Virus record (IMG/VR): IMGVR_UViG_3300008110_000249
Origin: an uncultured virus (IMG/VR IMGVR_UViG_3300008110_000249)
Taxonomy: Duplodnaviria; Heunggongvirae; Uroviricota; Caudoviricetes
Direction: 5' to 3' (one strand)
DNA: 64,000 nt
Position numbers and translations under genes: made by a program. The notes beneath the pieces were generated by a model, which had not been told where the DNA came from, did no database searches, and saw only the letters and a program-made list of their open reading frames with translations. Positions 19,668 to 29,505 of the stretch are shown here, piece by piece; the stretch's first letter is position 1; the number at the start of each line of letters is the position of its first letter.

Positions 19668-20765
19668 ATGGCTCAAGTATCTGACAATCTTACAGTAACC
19701 AGTGTACAAGCCCGCAAGGCTATCAATAAGGCGTTTCAATCCAAACGCCCTGTTTTCTTGTGGGGTCCTCCCGGTATTGGTAAATCTGAGGTCGTGCAAG
19801 AAATTGCTAATGATCTAGGTGGTTTCATGATTGATTTGCGTATGGCGCAAATGGAGCCCACTGATATTCGAGGTATCCCTTTCTATAACAAAGATCTAGG
19901 TAAGATGGATTGGGCTCCCCCGATTGATCTTCCCGATGAAGAGTTTGCAAGCAAATATCCTATTGTTGTGCTCTTTTTGGATGAACTGAATTCTGCACCG
20001 CCGGCTACGCAAGCCGCTGCATATCAGTTGATTCTAAATCGCCGAGTGGGCACATATCGTCTGCCTGATAACGTAGCACTGGTAGCAGCAGAAAATCGTG
20101 ACAGTGACAAAGGTGTTACGTATCGTATGCCGATGCCGCTAGCGAATCGTTTCATTCACCTTGAAATGCGTCCTGACTTTACTAGTTGGCAGAACTGGGC
20201 AGTAGACAAAGGCATTCATAAGGATGTGGTTGGTTATCTGTCTTTTGCAAAACAGGATATTTTTGACTTCAATGCAAAATCATCCAGCCGAGCATTTCCT
20301 ACTCCGCGTTCATGGGTTTTTGTGAGTGATCTTCTTAAAGATGAGGATACTGACAATGATACTCTGTTCAACCTGATCGCAGGTTCAGTGGGTGAAGGTC
20401 TCGCTGTTAAGTTTATGGCACACCGCAAAGTATCAGGTAAGATGCCCGAACCCAGTGATATTCTCAGTGGTAAGGTCAAAGATTTACAAGTCAAGGAAGT
20501 TTCGGCTATGTATAGTCTGACTGTTTCTATGTGCTATGAACTAAAAGACGCACTGGATAACAAGAAGGTTAGTAGCAAGGAATTCCATAGTATGGCTGAT
20601 AACTTTTTCAGTTATATCATGGCTAACTTTGAAACAGAACTAGTTGTTATGGGTGCTAAGATCGCACTCAAGACTTACAAACTTCCGATCGAGCCTAGTC
20701 AATTGAAGAATTTTGACGATTTTCACAAGAAATACGGTAAGTACATTGTGGAAGCTAGCAGTTAA
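19668..20765 (+). CDS. MoxR/dynein-related AAA+ ATPase
   Basis: Walker A GPPGIGKS, Walker B LFLDE, PLANRF arginine finger, PTPRSW. Confidence 0.9.
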   Translation: MAQVSDNLTVTSVQARKAINKAFQSKRPVFLWGPPGIGKSEVVQEIANDLGGFMIDLRMAQMEPTDIRGIPFYNKDLGKMDWAPPIDLPDEEFASKYPIVVLFLDELNSAPPATQAAAYQLILNRRVGTYRLPDNVALVAAENRDSDKGVTYRMPMPLANRFIHLEMRPDFTSWQNWAVDKGIHKDVVGYLSFAKQDIFDFNAKSSSRAFPTPRSWVFVSDLLKDEDTDNDTLFNLIAGSVGEGLAVKFMAHRKVSGKMPEPSDILSGKVKDLQVKEVSAMYSLTVSMCYELKDALDNKKVSSKEFHSMADNFFSYIMANFETELVVMGAKIALKTYKLPIEPSQLKNFDDFHKKYGKYIVEASS

Positions 20766-20768
20766 ATA

Positions 20769-20792
20769 AAAGAAAGGGGAAACCCTTTCTTT
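20769..20792 (+). terminator. Intrinsic terminator
   Basis: AAAGAAAGGG-GAAA-CCCTTTCTTT, 10-bp stem with GNRA loop right after the stop. Confidence 0.8.
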
Positions 20793-20813
20793 CGTTTACT
20801 ATATAAATAATTT

Positions 20814-21002
20814 ATGTCTGAAAATAAAAAACTAAAGATTGTGTTCGCGCCCGGCTGCTTCGATGACTTCGATGGCACCCAAGAAGAGTTGGACCAACTC
20901 ATTGATGAGATTAATGATTTGGTTGAATCGGGAGATTTTTTAGAAAAGTCTATTCCTGTTGACTTGGATGACTACACCCCTAATCGTCGTCAATTAAATT
21001 GA
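20814..21002 (+). CDS. Small acidic hypothetical protein
   Basis: ORF preceded by TATAAATA. Confidence 0.6.
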   Translation: MSENKKLKIVFAPGCFDDFDGTQEELDQLIDEINDLVESGDFLEKSIPVDLDDYTPNRRQLN

Positions 21003-21028
21003 CAATAAATCTAGTTTTAGTCTATAAT
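20999..21028 (+). promoter_or_regulatory. Sigma70-type early promoter (TTGACAATAAAT family)
   Basis: TTGACA-18 nt-TATAAT. Confidence 0.75.
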
Positions 21029-21053
21029 AGAATTTATTAATAAAGGTCAATGT

Positions 21054-22352
21054 ATGAATACTATCGCAATGTCTGATGTTCTTCCTGGCAGCAAAGGAAA
21101 AAAACGTCGCAGCAAAAAATTAGAAAATTTGGTCGGTCCCACTGATTCTAATGTCGATCTTCAAGCCCGAGAAAGGTTGGTGACTGCGCGTATTGGATTG
21201 CTATTGCGTCATAGTTTTTTCGGTAATTTGGCTACTAGGCTTCAACTTATCAACGCCGATGACTGGTGTTCTACCGCTGCGACTGATGGATTGAAGTTTT
21301 ATTACAATAGCCGATTCATCATGATGCTGCGTCCTAAGGAAGTAGAATTTTTGGTTGGACATGAGGTACTTCATGTAGTGTACGACCATATCGGTAGGCT
21401 AGGAAATCGTGATCCTCAGATTTTCAATATTGCTAACGATTATGCAGTCAATGCTGACTTGAAGCGGCACAAGGTTGGTGAGTTTATCAAGACTGTTCCT
21501 TGCTTGTATGAGGCTAAGTACGATGGCAAAGCAAGTGAGGAAATCTATGATGATTTGATGAAAAATGTTAAGACGATTAACATTGATGATTTGATCGATC
21601 AAATGATCGACGATCATCTAGAAGGAACCGGTGACGGAGAAAATGAGGGCGATGAGGGCGATAAAAAAGGTAAAGGCAAACGCCCCACTATGAGTGAAGA
21701 AGAGCGTGAACGCGCTCGGCAAGAAATTAAACAGGCTATTATCAATGCGGCTAGTTCCGCAGAAGCCGGTTCACTCCCCAAAGGAGTAGAACGCTTGATT
21801 AAGCAGGCTACTGATCCTGTCATGCCCTGGCGTGAATTGATTCAGACTAATTTGACTAGTGCTATCCGCACTGACTTCAGTTGGCTGCGTCCTAGTCGGC
21901 GTGGTTGGCACATGGATGCAATTATGCCCGGGATGACGCCGGGCGAAGAAATTGACGTAGTAGTAGCCATTGACATGTCAGGATCTATTTCTGATAAACA
22001 GGCTCAGTCTTTTCTAGGTGAAATTGCTGGTATGATGGAAGCATTCGATGGGTATAAGGTTCATGTATTTTGTTTCGATACAGAAATCTACAATCCTGCC
22101 GATTTCTCTAGCGAGAATCTAGACACTATTGATAGTTACGAACCTAAAGGTGGAGGCGGCACCGACTTTGATGCTATCTTTAATTATCTTAAAGAGGTTG
22201 GTAATGTTCCTAACCGACTGATCGTTTTCACTGACGGATATCCATTCGGTAGTTGGGGAGATCCTGATTACTGTGATACTACTTGGATCATTCACGGAGA
22301 TAAAGATCCAAACCCCCCATTCGGGCAATTTGCAATCTACAATGAAAAGTGA
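21054..22352 (+). CDS. Putative metallopeptidase plus VWA domain protein (DUF2201-like), MoxR partner
   Basis: TAATDG, HEVLH zinc motif, VWA MIDAS DMSGS, GGGGTDF, VFTDG. Confidence 0.88.
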   Translation: MNTIAMSDVLPGSKGKKRRSKKLENLVGPTDSNVDLQARERLVTARIGLLLRHSFFGNLATRLQLINADDWCSTAATDGLKFYYNSRFIMMLRPKEVEFLVGHEVLHVVYDHIGRLGNRDPQIFNIANDYAVNADLKRHKVGEFIKTVPCLYEAKYDGKASEEIYDDLMKNVKTINIDDLIDQMIDDHLEGTGDGENEGDEGDKKGKGKRPTMSEEERERARQEIKQAIINAASSAEAGSLPKGVERLIKQATDPVMPWRELIQTNLTSAIRTDFSWLRPSRRGWHMDAIMPGMTPGEEIDVVVAIDMSGSISDKQAQSFLGEIAGMMEAFDGYKVHVFCFDTEIYNPADFSSENLDTIDSYEPKGGGGTDFDAIFNYLKEVGNVPNRLIVFTDGYPFGSWGDPDYCDTTWIIHGDKDPNPPFGQFAIYNEK

Positions 22353-22587
22353 TGAGGGTTTAGTATTCGAATCCCCTAATGGCGGCAAGACTATCTACGC
22401 AAGAAAGCGTGGCTCTCTTGACCGCCATATTGTACATGAAGATCCTATTTGGAAAAAAGAACAGGAATTGTCTGAACGGTGGATTCGTCTTAAAGAGGCT
22501 GTATTCATGGCTAATAGTGATCCCACACTAAATGATGCACTAACAAAATTGGAGATATTATATGCCCTCAAGAAAAAAGAAAAGTAG
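22342..22587 (+). CDS. Hypothetical protein
   Basis: ATG at 22342 (MKSDEGLVFESPNGGKTIYAR) overlapping upstream gene end. Confidence 0.6.
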   Translation: MKSDEGLVFESPNGGKTIYARKRGSLDRHIVHEDPIWKKEQELSERWIRLKEAVFMANSDPTLNDALTKLEILYALKKKEK

Positions 22588-22933
22588 AAGATATCTTGCT
22601 ATGTGGGATAAGTTAGGGCTTGAATGTTTGTTTGACGTTGATGCAGAATTACATAAACTCAACATTTGGGAAAAGGATAGAACATTTTCTATTCTCAAAG
22701 AAGAACCCCACTCAAGAAAACCTGATGGTATCCCATTACAAATGATGATATTAAGGGCTAGATATAATTCACACCGACAATATGAGATATATGAATTTTC
22801 TAGCACACTCCCAGTAGAAGAAATTAAAAAAGTATTTGAAATGAATCCACAACCTTTAGTAAATTGGATTCGTGAAAATGGCGGTAAGATATACAGTGAT
22901 TATGAACGGTCATCAAAATGGTTGATACAATGA
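22562..22933 (+). CDS. Hypothetical protein
   Basis: Packed ORF (MWD..GLE...LRARYNSHRQYEIY). Confidence 0.65.
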   Translation: MPSRKKKSRRYLAMWDKLGLECLFDVDAELHKLNIWEKDRTFSILKEEPHSRKPDGIPLQMMILRARYNSHRQYEIYEFSSTLPVEEIKKVFEMNPQPLVNWIRENGGKIYSDYERSSKWLIQ

Positions 22934-23184
22934 CAAGTGTCCGTGATTTGGTTGTTTATCCTGATATTTGGTTCATCAATAGAAAACTGTCTTACAAACC
23001 TGTACATTTTGTAACAGCAAAGACTCCTTTGAAAAAAGAGTCTGCGGTATGGGTGATTCATACATTGCATGGAAGGTTTACTTTTGAAGGCACCAATGAG
23101 TTCAATGAAGATTTTGAAGAAATAGTTTATCCTTCATTCGAAGATCCTAAAGAAGCGGTGTTATATGAATTGAAGTGGTCATGA
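22930..23184 (+). CDS. Small protein of the C-terminal 'L(K/R)W' paralog family
   Basis: Ends FEDPKEAVLYELKWS; ATGA overlap with upstream stop. Confidence 0.6.
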   Translation: MTSVRDLVVYPDIWFINRKLSYKPVHFVTAKTPLKKESAVWVIHTLHGRFTFEGTNEFNEDFEEIVYPSFEDPKEAVLYELKWS

Positions 23185-23243
23185 CATAAATATTTTTCTT
23201 GAAAAAAATCTAAGTAAATATAATACATTCAAGGAGAATTAAT

Positions 23244-23951
23244 ATGAGTTTTTTAAGACATGTAGGTAAGCACGGTGACCGAAAAGTAGCGGTAATATTT
23301 AGAGAGGTACCAGGAGAATCTCACATGTGCTTAGTTACTTATACCGAATTGTTAAATCAAAATATCCATGATCCAATGATTTCGTGCATTGAAAGTGATA
23401 TAGGTCAGTCGAGTGAAAATTTAGCCGATGCATTAAATAGGATGTTCACTAAAGATGGAAGACCTATTTTACAGGTATTACACTTAGAAGGACAATTAAA
23501 AAAAGTTAATACTGAGCAGATTGTCATGACTCCTCAGCCTAATACAAAAATTAAGTTAAATGAACTTAATAAAATTTTAGATGAAATGAAGCAAGGAGAA
23601 GATGCTGTAAAAAGATTAGCAGAACTAGACAAATCTCTAGGAATTCAGGATCCAAATTTTGTTCGTAAAATGAAAGGTGAAAGGCTACCTTCGCAGATTA
23701 CGGAAAGTAGAGATGCAGTGTCATCATCAACTACTGACGGCATATTAGGTGATCAACAACTGGCTAATAATTTAAAACAACAGGCAGAAAAAATGACCAA
23801 TGAAGCAAACGGGTTATTGGCTGAAGCGAATAGGCTTTTACAAGAAGCCAACCAAATGTTAGGTGTATCGGTAGATCAGCCTAATACAATTTCAAACTTA
23901 TCGGTAAACAAAAAATCTCGTGGAAGAACAGTAAAAGTAAAGACCGCATAA
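23244..23951 (+). CDS. Hypothetical protein with C-terminal coiled coil
   Basis: Strong AAGGAG RBS and TAAATA late-type promoter upstream. Confidence 0.75.
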   Translation: MSFLRHVGKHGDRKVAVIFREVPGESHMCLVTYTELLNQNIHDPMISCIESDIGQSSENLADALNRMFTKDGRPILQVLHLEGQLKKVNTEQIVMTPQPNTKIKLNELNKILDEMKQGEDAVKRLAELDKSLGIQDPNFVRKMKGERLPSQITESRDAVSSSTTDGILGDQQLANNLKQQAEKMTNEANGLLAEANRLLQEANQMLGVSVDQPNTISNLSVNKKSRGRTVKVKTA

Positions 23952-23954
23952 TAT

Positions 23955-24251
23955 ATGTCTCCTGAATTTATCGCTAAATGGGAACACATCTTAGAAGATG
24001 TAGAGAAAAAACGTGTACCAGTGCAATTTATAAAGAAAATAATTCTAAAGTTAGAAGGTAAGCGTCAACAAACAATTAACGTAGAAAAATTTTTAAATCA
24101 AGGTTTAGAACCTGACCAAATAGAAGAGGCTGTTGGCAAAAAACTACATGAGTTAGATGATCAAATAGTCAGCATAGAATTTACGTTAAATGTACAAAGT
24201 ATTGCAGATACTGTTCAACCTGAAACAGATAGGTTACTTGGAAATCTATGA
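23955..24251 (+). CDS. Hypothetical protein
   Basis: Packed ORF. Confidence 0.65.
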   Translation: MSPEFIAKWEHILEDVEKKRVPVQFIKKIILKLEGKRQQTINVEKFLNQGLEPDQIEEAVGKKLHELDDQIVSIEFTLNVQSIADTVQPETDRLLGNL

Positions 24252-24550
24252 AATTGATTGTCGCCTGTGATCCAAACGGTGGGATAGGTTATAAAAATAA
24301 ATTGCCTTGGACTAAAATTCAAGGCGATTTGCCTAGATTTAAACAACTTACACAAAACAAGATTGTTGTTATGGGAAGAAATACATGGGATAGTCTACCA
24401 AAAAAGCCGTTGCCGAATAGAATAAATTATATTTTAACTAGCGATCCTTTTAGCATACCCGATAAAATCGGACCCGATATAATATATGGGTTTTCTGATG
24501 TTAATATACTAACGCATTTTAATTCAGATACATGTATAATGATATTTTAG
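24248..24550 (+). pseudogene. frd: Dihydrofolate reductase, C-terminally truncated
   Basis: LIVA...GIGYKNKLPW...DL.RFKQLT...VVMGRNTWDSLP.KPLPNRIN; stops at 100 aa before the expected IIGG motif. Confidence 0.8.
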
Positions 24551-25413
24551 AAAACGGAGAAGATAAAGATGACAGAACTGGCGTTAGCACTATTAGTGTG
24601 TTTGGACGTACTCTTCGCTTTAATCTGTGTCGGGGCTTTCCCGCTATCACTACTAAAAAACTTGCATGGAAGGCTTGTGTCGGTGAACTACTTTGGTTCA
24701 TTGAAGGCTCTAGTGATGAACGTAGACTGGCGGAACTCACCCACGGTACTGCCGACGGCAAGGTTACGATTTGGACACCTAACGCACTTGCGCCCTATTG
24801 GAAAGATAAGGCGAAGTTCGAAGGGGATTTGGGTAGAGTCTATGGGGTTCAATGGCGGCATTGGAATGCATATCGGGTTGAAAAAGACATGGGCCCTGCG
24901 CACAAAGGCGGTACCAGGCTCGCGGTGGATAGGACGGAAATAGACCAATTAAAGAACCTTCTAGAAGGTTTAGTAAAAGATCCTAATGGTCGTAGACATA
25001 TTCTTAGTGCATGGAATGTTAGCGAACTAGATCAAATGGCATTACCGCCGTGTCATGTAATGAGTCAATTTTATGTCAACAAGAATAAAGAACTAAGTTG
25101 CCATATGTACCAGCGCAGCGTGGATGTGTTTCTTGGCTTACCTTTTAATATTGCTAGTTATGCGTTACTAACTCATTTGATTGCTCATCACTGCGGATTG
25201 AAAGTGGATGAGTTGATTATTAGTACCGGGGATACTCATATCTACAAGAATCATGTTGAACAAGTAAAAGAACAATTATCACGAACAGAATTTACTTTGC
25301 CTACATTGTATTTGCCTGTAGATAAAACTAATATATTTGAAATGACTCCTGAAGATATTGTTTTAGATGGATATCAGAGTCACGGACCAATAAAGGCATC
25401 GATGGCAGTATGA
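24532..25413 (+). CDS. thyA: Thymidylate synthase
   Basis: DRTG, ELLWF, VYGVQWR, LPPCH, YQRSVDVFLGLPFNIASY, GDTHIYKNH; first few residues appear missing. Confidence 0.95.
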   Translation: MYNDILENGEDKDDRTGVSTISVFGRTLRFNLCRGFPAITTKKLAWKACVGELLWFIEGSSDERRLAELTHGTADGKVTIWTPNALAPYWKDKAKFEGDLGRVYGVQWRHWNAYRVEKDMGPAHKGGTRLAVDRTEIDQLKNLLEGLVKDPNGRRHILSAWNVSELDQMALPPCHVMSQFYVNKNKELSCHMYQRSVDVFLGLPFNIASYALLTHLIAHHCGLKVDELIISTGDTHIYKNHVEQVKEQLSRTEFTLPTLYLPVDKTNIFEMTPEDIVLDGYQSHGPIKASMAV

Positions 25414-25943
25414 ATATTAAAACCTTTTATGAACCGCAAGATTTAGGACCTGTTAGAGTTTTGACCGCAATTGATAGTAAATTATTATGTGACTCTTTGC
25501 AATCTTTTGTGGATAAAGCTCAAACTGGAATAAGACAACAGGGTCTTAGATGGGCAGGTGACTTTGAAGGCATAGGTGATATTAGATATCAAAATAATAA
25601 TCCCACTGGATTAAAAGAAAAAGATTTTACTAAATGGATTCCTGGAACTGAAACATTGCAGCAAATATCAGATACATTACAAATACGAAAAGAAGGAAGA
25701 GTCAGGATGTTGATGATGCCACCAAAAAGTACATATTCTTTTCATTATGATCCAGATTTATGGAGAGTCCATATTCCTTTAATCACTAATTCAAGTTCTT
25801 TCGTAGTATCTCACGGTAAACTATGGCATCTACCGTTAGGATACGCTTATTTAGTTCAAGTAGAATACCATCATTTGGCATTAAATGCCGGTGATCAAAA
25901 TAGAATACATATTGTTTTTGATTACTGCGATAATTTAGCATGA
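25410..25943 (+). CDS. Aspartyl/asparaginyl beta-hydroxylase-like 2OG-Fe(II) oxygenase
   Basis: HYD...RVHIPLITN...HLALNAG..NRIHIV. Confidence 0.75.
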   Translation: MNIKTFYEPQDLGPVRVLTAIDSKLLCDSLQSFVDKAQTGIRQQGLRWAGDFEGIGDIRYQNNNPTGLKEKDFTKWIPGTETLQQISDTLQIRKEGRVRMLMMPPKSTYSFHYDPDLWRVHIPLITNSSSFVVSHGKLWHLPLGYAYLVQVEYHHLALNAGDQNRIHIVFDYCDNLA

Positions 25944-26179
25944 TTACCGTAACTGTACACTCTTTTATTTTATCCGACGTAGACGATCCGGAAGTATATG
26001 CAGCAGAACCATTGTATAAGTGGCAAATTAGTGAAAAAGGTCAATGGATCATGAAAAACTCAACGACTACACCAACTTGGTATATAACACCATTAGCCGA
26101 TTTATACAGTCATACTTGCATAGTTAAGGCAACGCTTTCTGAAAAAAATTATACATATTGGAAATTAAAGTATGAGTAA
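25940..26179 (+). CDS. Small hypothetical protein (L(K/R)W-like family)
   Basis: DVDDPEVYAAEPLYKW...YWKLKYE. Confidence 0.6.
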   Translation: MITVTVHSFILSDVDDPEVYAAEPLYKWQISEKGQWIMKNSTTTPTWYITPLADLYSHTCIVKATLSEKNYTYWKLKYE

Positions 26180-27146
26180 ATTTTTAATAACCGGTGGATT
26201 AGGGTTGATAGGGCATAGAGTATCTTCTTTGTTAGAAAAATTAGGTCATGAGATAGTTATATTTGATACTCAAACTAATTATGGTATAATACCACAAGAA
26301 GAAATTGATTACCTGATATCTGAACGAAAGAAAAAAATAAAAACATCTAGAATTTACAAATATGATATTTGCTCTAACACTGGCAATATTGAATGGATGT
26401 TTGCTAATCATAAATTTGATACAGTAATTCATTTGGCAAGTTTTCCTAGACAAAAGGTAGTAAATGCTAATCCTATGTGGGGCAGCAAAGTCATGAGTGA
26501 AGGCTTATTAAATTTGTGTGAATTGAGCAAAAAATATAAAGTAAAAAAATTTGTATACATTAGTTCAAGTATGGTCTACGGAGATTTTACTGATAATGTT
26601 ACAGAAGAATATAGTTGTAAGCCGCAAGGACAATATGGAATACTTAAACTCACGGGAGAATATTTGGTTAAAGATTACACTCGCAGAGGCTGTTTTGATC
26701 ATGTTATTATTAGGCCAAGTGCTGTATACGGTCCACTTGATGTGGAAGATAGAGTTATTGCAAAATTCATGCTCACAGCAATGCGAGGAGGTACTCTTAA
26801 GGTTAATGGAGCAGGAGAAACCCTCGACTTCACCTATGCCGACGATGCCGCAGAAGGAATCGTTAAAGCCAGTTTAAGTGAAAATACAAATAATAAAATA
26901 TATAATATCACAAAATCTCATAGTCATAGTTTACTAGATGCTGCTAAACTAACAGTAAAAATTGTAGGTAAAGGTTCTATTGAAGTGCGAGACAAAGATA
27001 TAGATTTTCCTAGCCGCGGCGCATTGAATATTGATGCGGCTCGTAGAGATTTTGGTTACGACCCTAAAGTAGATGTAGAAGAAGGATTTCAAAAATACTA
27101 CGATTGGTTGAGCAACAGTAGATACTGGGCAACAAAGAATGTTTAA
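26172..27146 (+). CDS. NAD-dependent nucleotide-sugar epimerase/dehydratase
   Basis: TGGLGLIG, SSSMVYG, YGILK (YxxxK), RPSAVYGP, DFTY. Confidence 0.9.
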   Translation: MSKFLITGGLGLIGHRVSSLLEKLGHEIVIFDTQTNYGIIPQEEIDYLISERKKKIKTSRIYKYDICSNTGNIEWMFANHKFDTVIHLASFPRQKVVNANPMWGSKVMSEGLLNLCELSKKYKVKKFVYISSSMVYGDFTDNVTEEYSCKPQGQYGILKLTGEYLVKDYTRRGCFDHVIIRPSAVYGPLDVEDRVIAKFMLTAMRGGTLKVNGAGETLDFTYADDAAEGIVKASLSENTNNKIYNITKSHSHSLLDAAKLTVKIVGKGSIEVRDKDIDFPSRGALNIDAARRDFGYDPKVDVEEGFQKYYDWLSNSRYWATKNV

Positions 27147-27492
27147 CAAAGCACTAATACCAATCATTCGTAAGATGATGCCCAAGACGATAGCACAAGA
27201 TATTGTCGGAGTGCAACCAATGTCTATGAGTCATGTGTTCACTATGAAAGGTGACAAAGTTGGTTTTAAAAACTACGTCATGGCTCGTAATCAGAATGAA
27301 TGTGTATTGTACGACACCCCTGACAAACCGCATTATGCCGTTGATGTAAGAACTACAGTTGAAGAATGGCTTCACGAACAGCCTATTGATATGTGGAAGT
27401 ATGCAGAAGAAACAGATGATTGCCATATGAGTTTTAACAGATACATTATCAACGAAGAATTATTAACTTGGATGACACTACGATGGGGATGA
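27139..27492 (+). CDS. Small protein with a gp23-capsid-like N-terminal segment and LRW-family C-terminus
   Basis: LIPIIRKMMPKTIAQDIVGVQPMS resembles T4 gp23 VRRAIPNLIAFDICGVQPM; ends WMTLRWG. Confidence 0.6.
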   Translation: MFNKALIPIIRKMMPKTIAQDIVGVQPMSMSHVFTMKGDKVGFKNYVMARNQNECVLYDTPDKPHYAVDVRTTVEEWLHEQPIDMWKYAEETDDCHMSFNRYIINEELLTWMTLRWG

Positions 27493-28547
27493 ACATCCCG
27501 CACTTCGGATTATCTAGACAGTATAAAAATCTCAAAGACGAATTACTAGATGCTACACATAGAGCATTAAAAGATGGTCAATTAGTAGGGGGTCAGTATA
27601 CTAGAGCGTTTGAAGAATGGTTAAAGCTTCGTACAAAAACTAAGTACGCTGTAACAGTACACTCGGGCACACAAGCACTAGAGATTATTGCTCGCTATAA
27701 AAAGATCAACCACGGTCAAATTATGCAAGGTAATCCCAAAATTCGTGTACCTAATCTTACATACCCTGCAACACTCAATGCATTCCTAACTGCTGGATGG
27801 GAGATAGAATTAGGAGATACTGACAAGTACGGAATACTGTCAAGAACAGTCAGCAGTGGTGTCTACGAATGTCCGGTAGGTTTCGCCGGCCGTAGACCTT
27901 GGCCCGAAACAAACTATCAAGAACATCCCTATATAATAGTTGATGGTGCCCAACACTGGTTAGAATGCGGAGGTAATGTCGGCTCCGGCATGGCAATCAG
28001 CTTTGATGCTACAAAGAATTTAAATGCTAGCGGTAACGGTGGCGCAATTGTAACTAATGACGAACATTTATATCTGTATGCAGTAAGACATAAAGACAAC
28101 AACAAACCTGATTTTTATGAAGCAGGCACTAATTCCAAAATGAGTGAACAAGAGTGTGCCCAACTGTTGATTCGTGCAAAGTATATAAATGGTTGGCAGA
28201 AACGAAGGAAAGAAATATCTGAATTTTGGTGTGATAGGTTTAATGAATTGCCAATAATTTGTTTGAACAATACTACGTGCCCTCATGCATTTCAAAAGTT
28301 TGTCATATACATGCCCGATAGAAATTCATTTCATACTCATATGATATTAAATGGTGTTGATACGAAGATTCATTATGAATATACTTTGGGAGATTTGCCT
28401 CTAACTTTTGGATGGAATAAACCTGATATGCTAAATACTAGTGTTATGTTGAGTAGGGGGGTGATCAGCTTACCTTTATATCCCGAACTCACAGATATCG
28501 AAATAAATTACATAGCAGACAAAGTTGATGAATATTTCAGAAAGTAA
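27489..28547 (+). CDS. DegT/DnrJ/EryC1/StrS PLP-dependent aminotransferase
   Basis: SGTQALE, TYPATLNA, IVDGAQ, SFDATKNL (PLP Lys), GGAIVTND, GTNSKM, SLPLYPEL. Confidence 0.9.
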   Translation: MNIPHFGLSRQYKNLKDELLDATHRALKDGQLVGGQYTRAFEEWLKLRTKTKYAVTVHSGTQALEIIARYKKINHGQIMQGNPKIRVPNLTYPATLNAFLTAGWEIELGDTDKYGILSRTVSSGVYECPVGFAGRRPWPETNYQEHPYIIVDGAQHWLECGGNVGSGMAISFDATKNLNASGNGGAIVTNDEHLYLYAVRHKDNNKPDFYEAGTNSKMSEQECAQLLIRAKYINGWQKRRKEISEFWCDRFNELPIICLNNTTCPHAFQKFVIYMPDRNSFHTHMILNGVDTKIHYEYTLGDLPLTFGWNKPDMLNTSVMLSRGVISLPLYPELTDIEINYIADKVDEYFRK

Positions 28548-29505
28548 AATATATCCTATCAGAATCGAACCAATTAGAAAACGATACACGAATATTGTTG
28601 AATGGGAGTTAGGAAACACTTGTAACTTTAACTGTAGTTTTTGTTCTGATAAGTACAAGTCGGGAACAGACAAATTTTTAGATATATCAACCTATACACA
28701 AATTGTAGATAAACTAACAGCAGAAGCTGCACCTAAAAAACTATGGGTAAAGTTGACAGGCGGTGAACCTACACTCTATCCTAAACTCATCGAACTAATG
28801 ACCTACATAAAAAGCAAAGGCCATTATACATATCTCATGACAAATGGCTCTAGAACTATGCGTTATTGGCAAGAGTTGAAAGATTCAAGTTGTGCAGACT
28901 TCATTGCGTTCACGCATCACGTAGAACAAACTAATGATGTAGATCATACCGTAAAAATTGTGCAACTATTTGAAGATGTTCCTACTATGCTTATAGTACA
29001 CATAACGTGTCTTCCGAAGTACTTTACTGAATCTCTTAACGCATTTACGAAGATAAAAACAGAATGTGCATCCTATATTAATATACAACAAATAAATGAT
29101 AAATTAGGAATGTCAAAATATACTGATAATCAAAAACAAATATTGCTGGAATGTAGTATTGGGCACACTGATAAAATTTCAAGAAAGACTAAATCAAACA
29201 TTCCTTCAGATTATAGTTACCACAATGGTATTGTCAAATACATTTATAACAATGATTTCGTAGAAGTAGATCACGCTATCAACTTTATAAAAAGAGGAAA
29301 AAATGATTTCTTTGGGTATAAATGCGAAATAGGTATGTCTAATATCCGTATAGAGTATGAAACCGTTAAGAGGGCAGTTTGTAACGCAGGGGAAACATTG
29401 TCAGTTTATGATGAAAATTTATTTAGAATTGAACCTGTTACTTGTCCATATCATGCATGTACTTGTACTTTGGATTTTCTTATGCCTAAGAGCATAAATA
29501 GATGA
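28525..29505 (+). CDS. Radical SAM protein with Cys-rich C-terminus
   Basis: CNFNCSFC, TGGEPT, TNGSR, CPYHACTC; paralog-like to 644..1624. Confidence 0.85.
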   Translation: MMNISESKIYPIRIEPIRKRYTNIVEWELGNTCNFNCSFCSDKYKSGTDKFLDISTYTQIVDKLTAEAAPKKLWVKLTGGEPTLYPKLIELMTYIKSKGHYTYLMTNGSRTMRYWQELKDSSCADFIAFTHHVEQTNDVDHTVKIVQLFEDVPTMLIVHITCLPKYFTESLNAFTKIKTECASYINIQQINDKLGMSKYTDNQKQILLECSIGHTDKISRKTKSNIPSDYSYHNGIVKYIYNNDFVEVDHAINFIKRGKNDFFGYKCEIGMSNIRIEYETVKRAVCNAGETLSVYDENLFRIEPVTCPYHACTCTLDFLMPKSINR

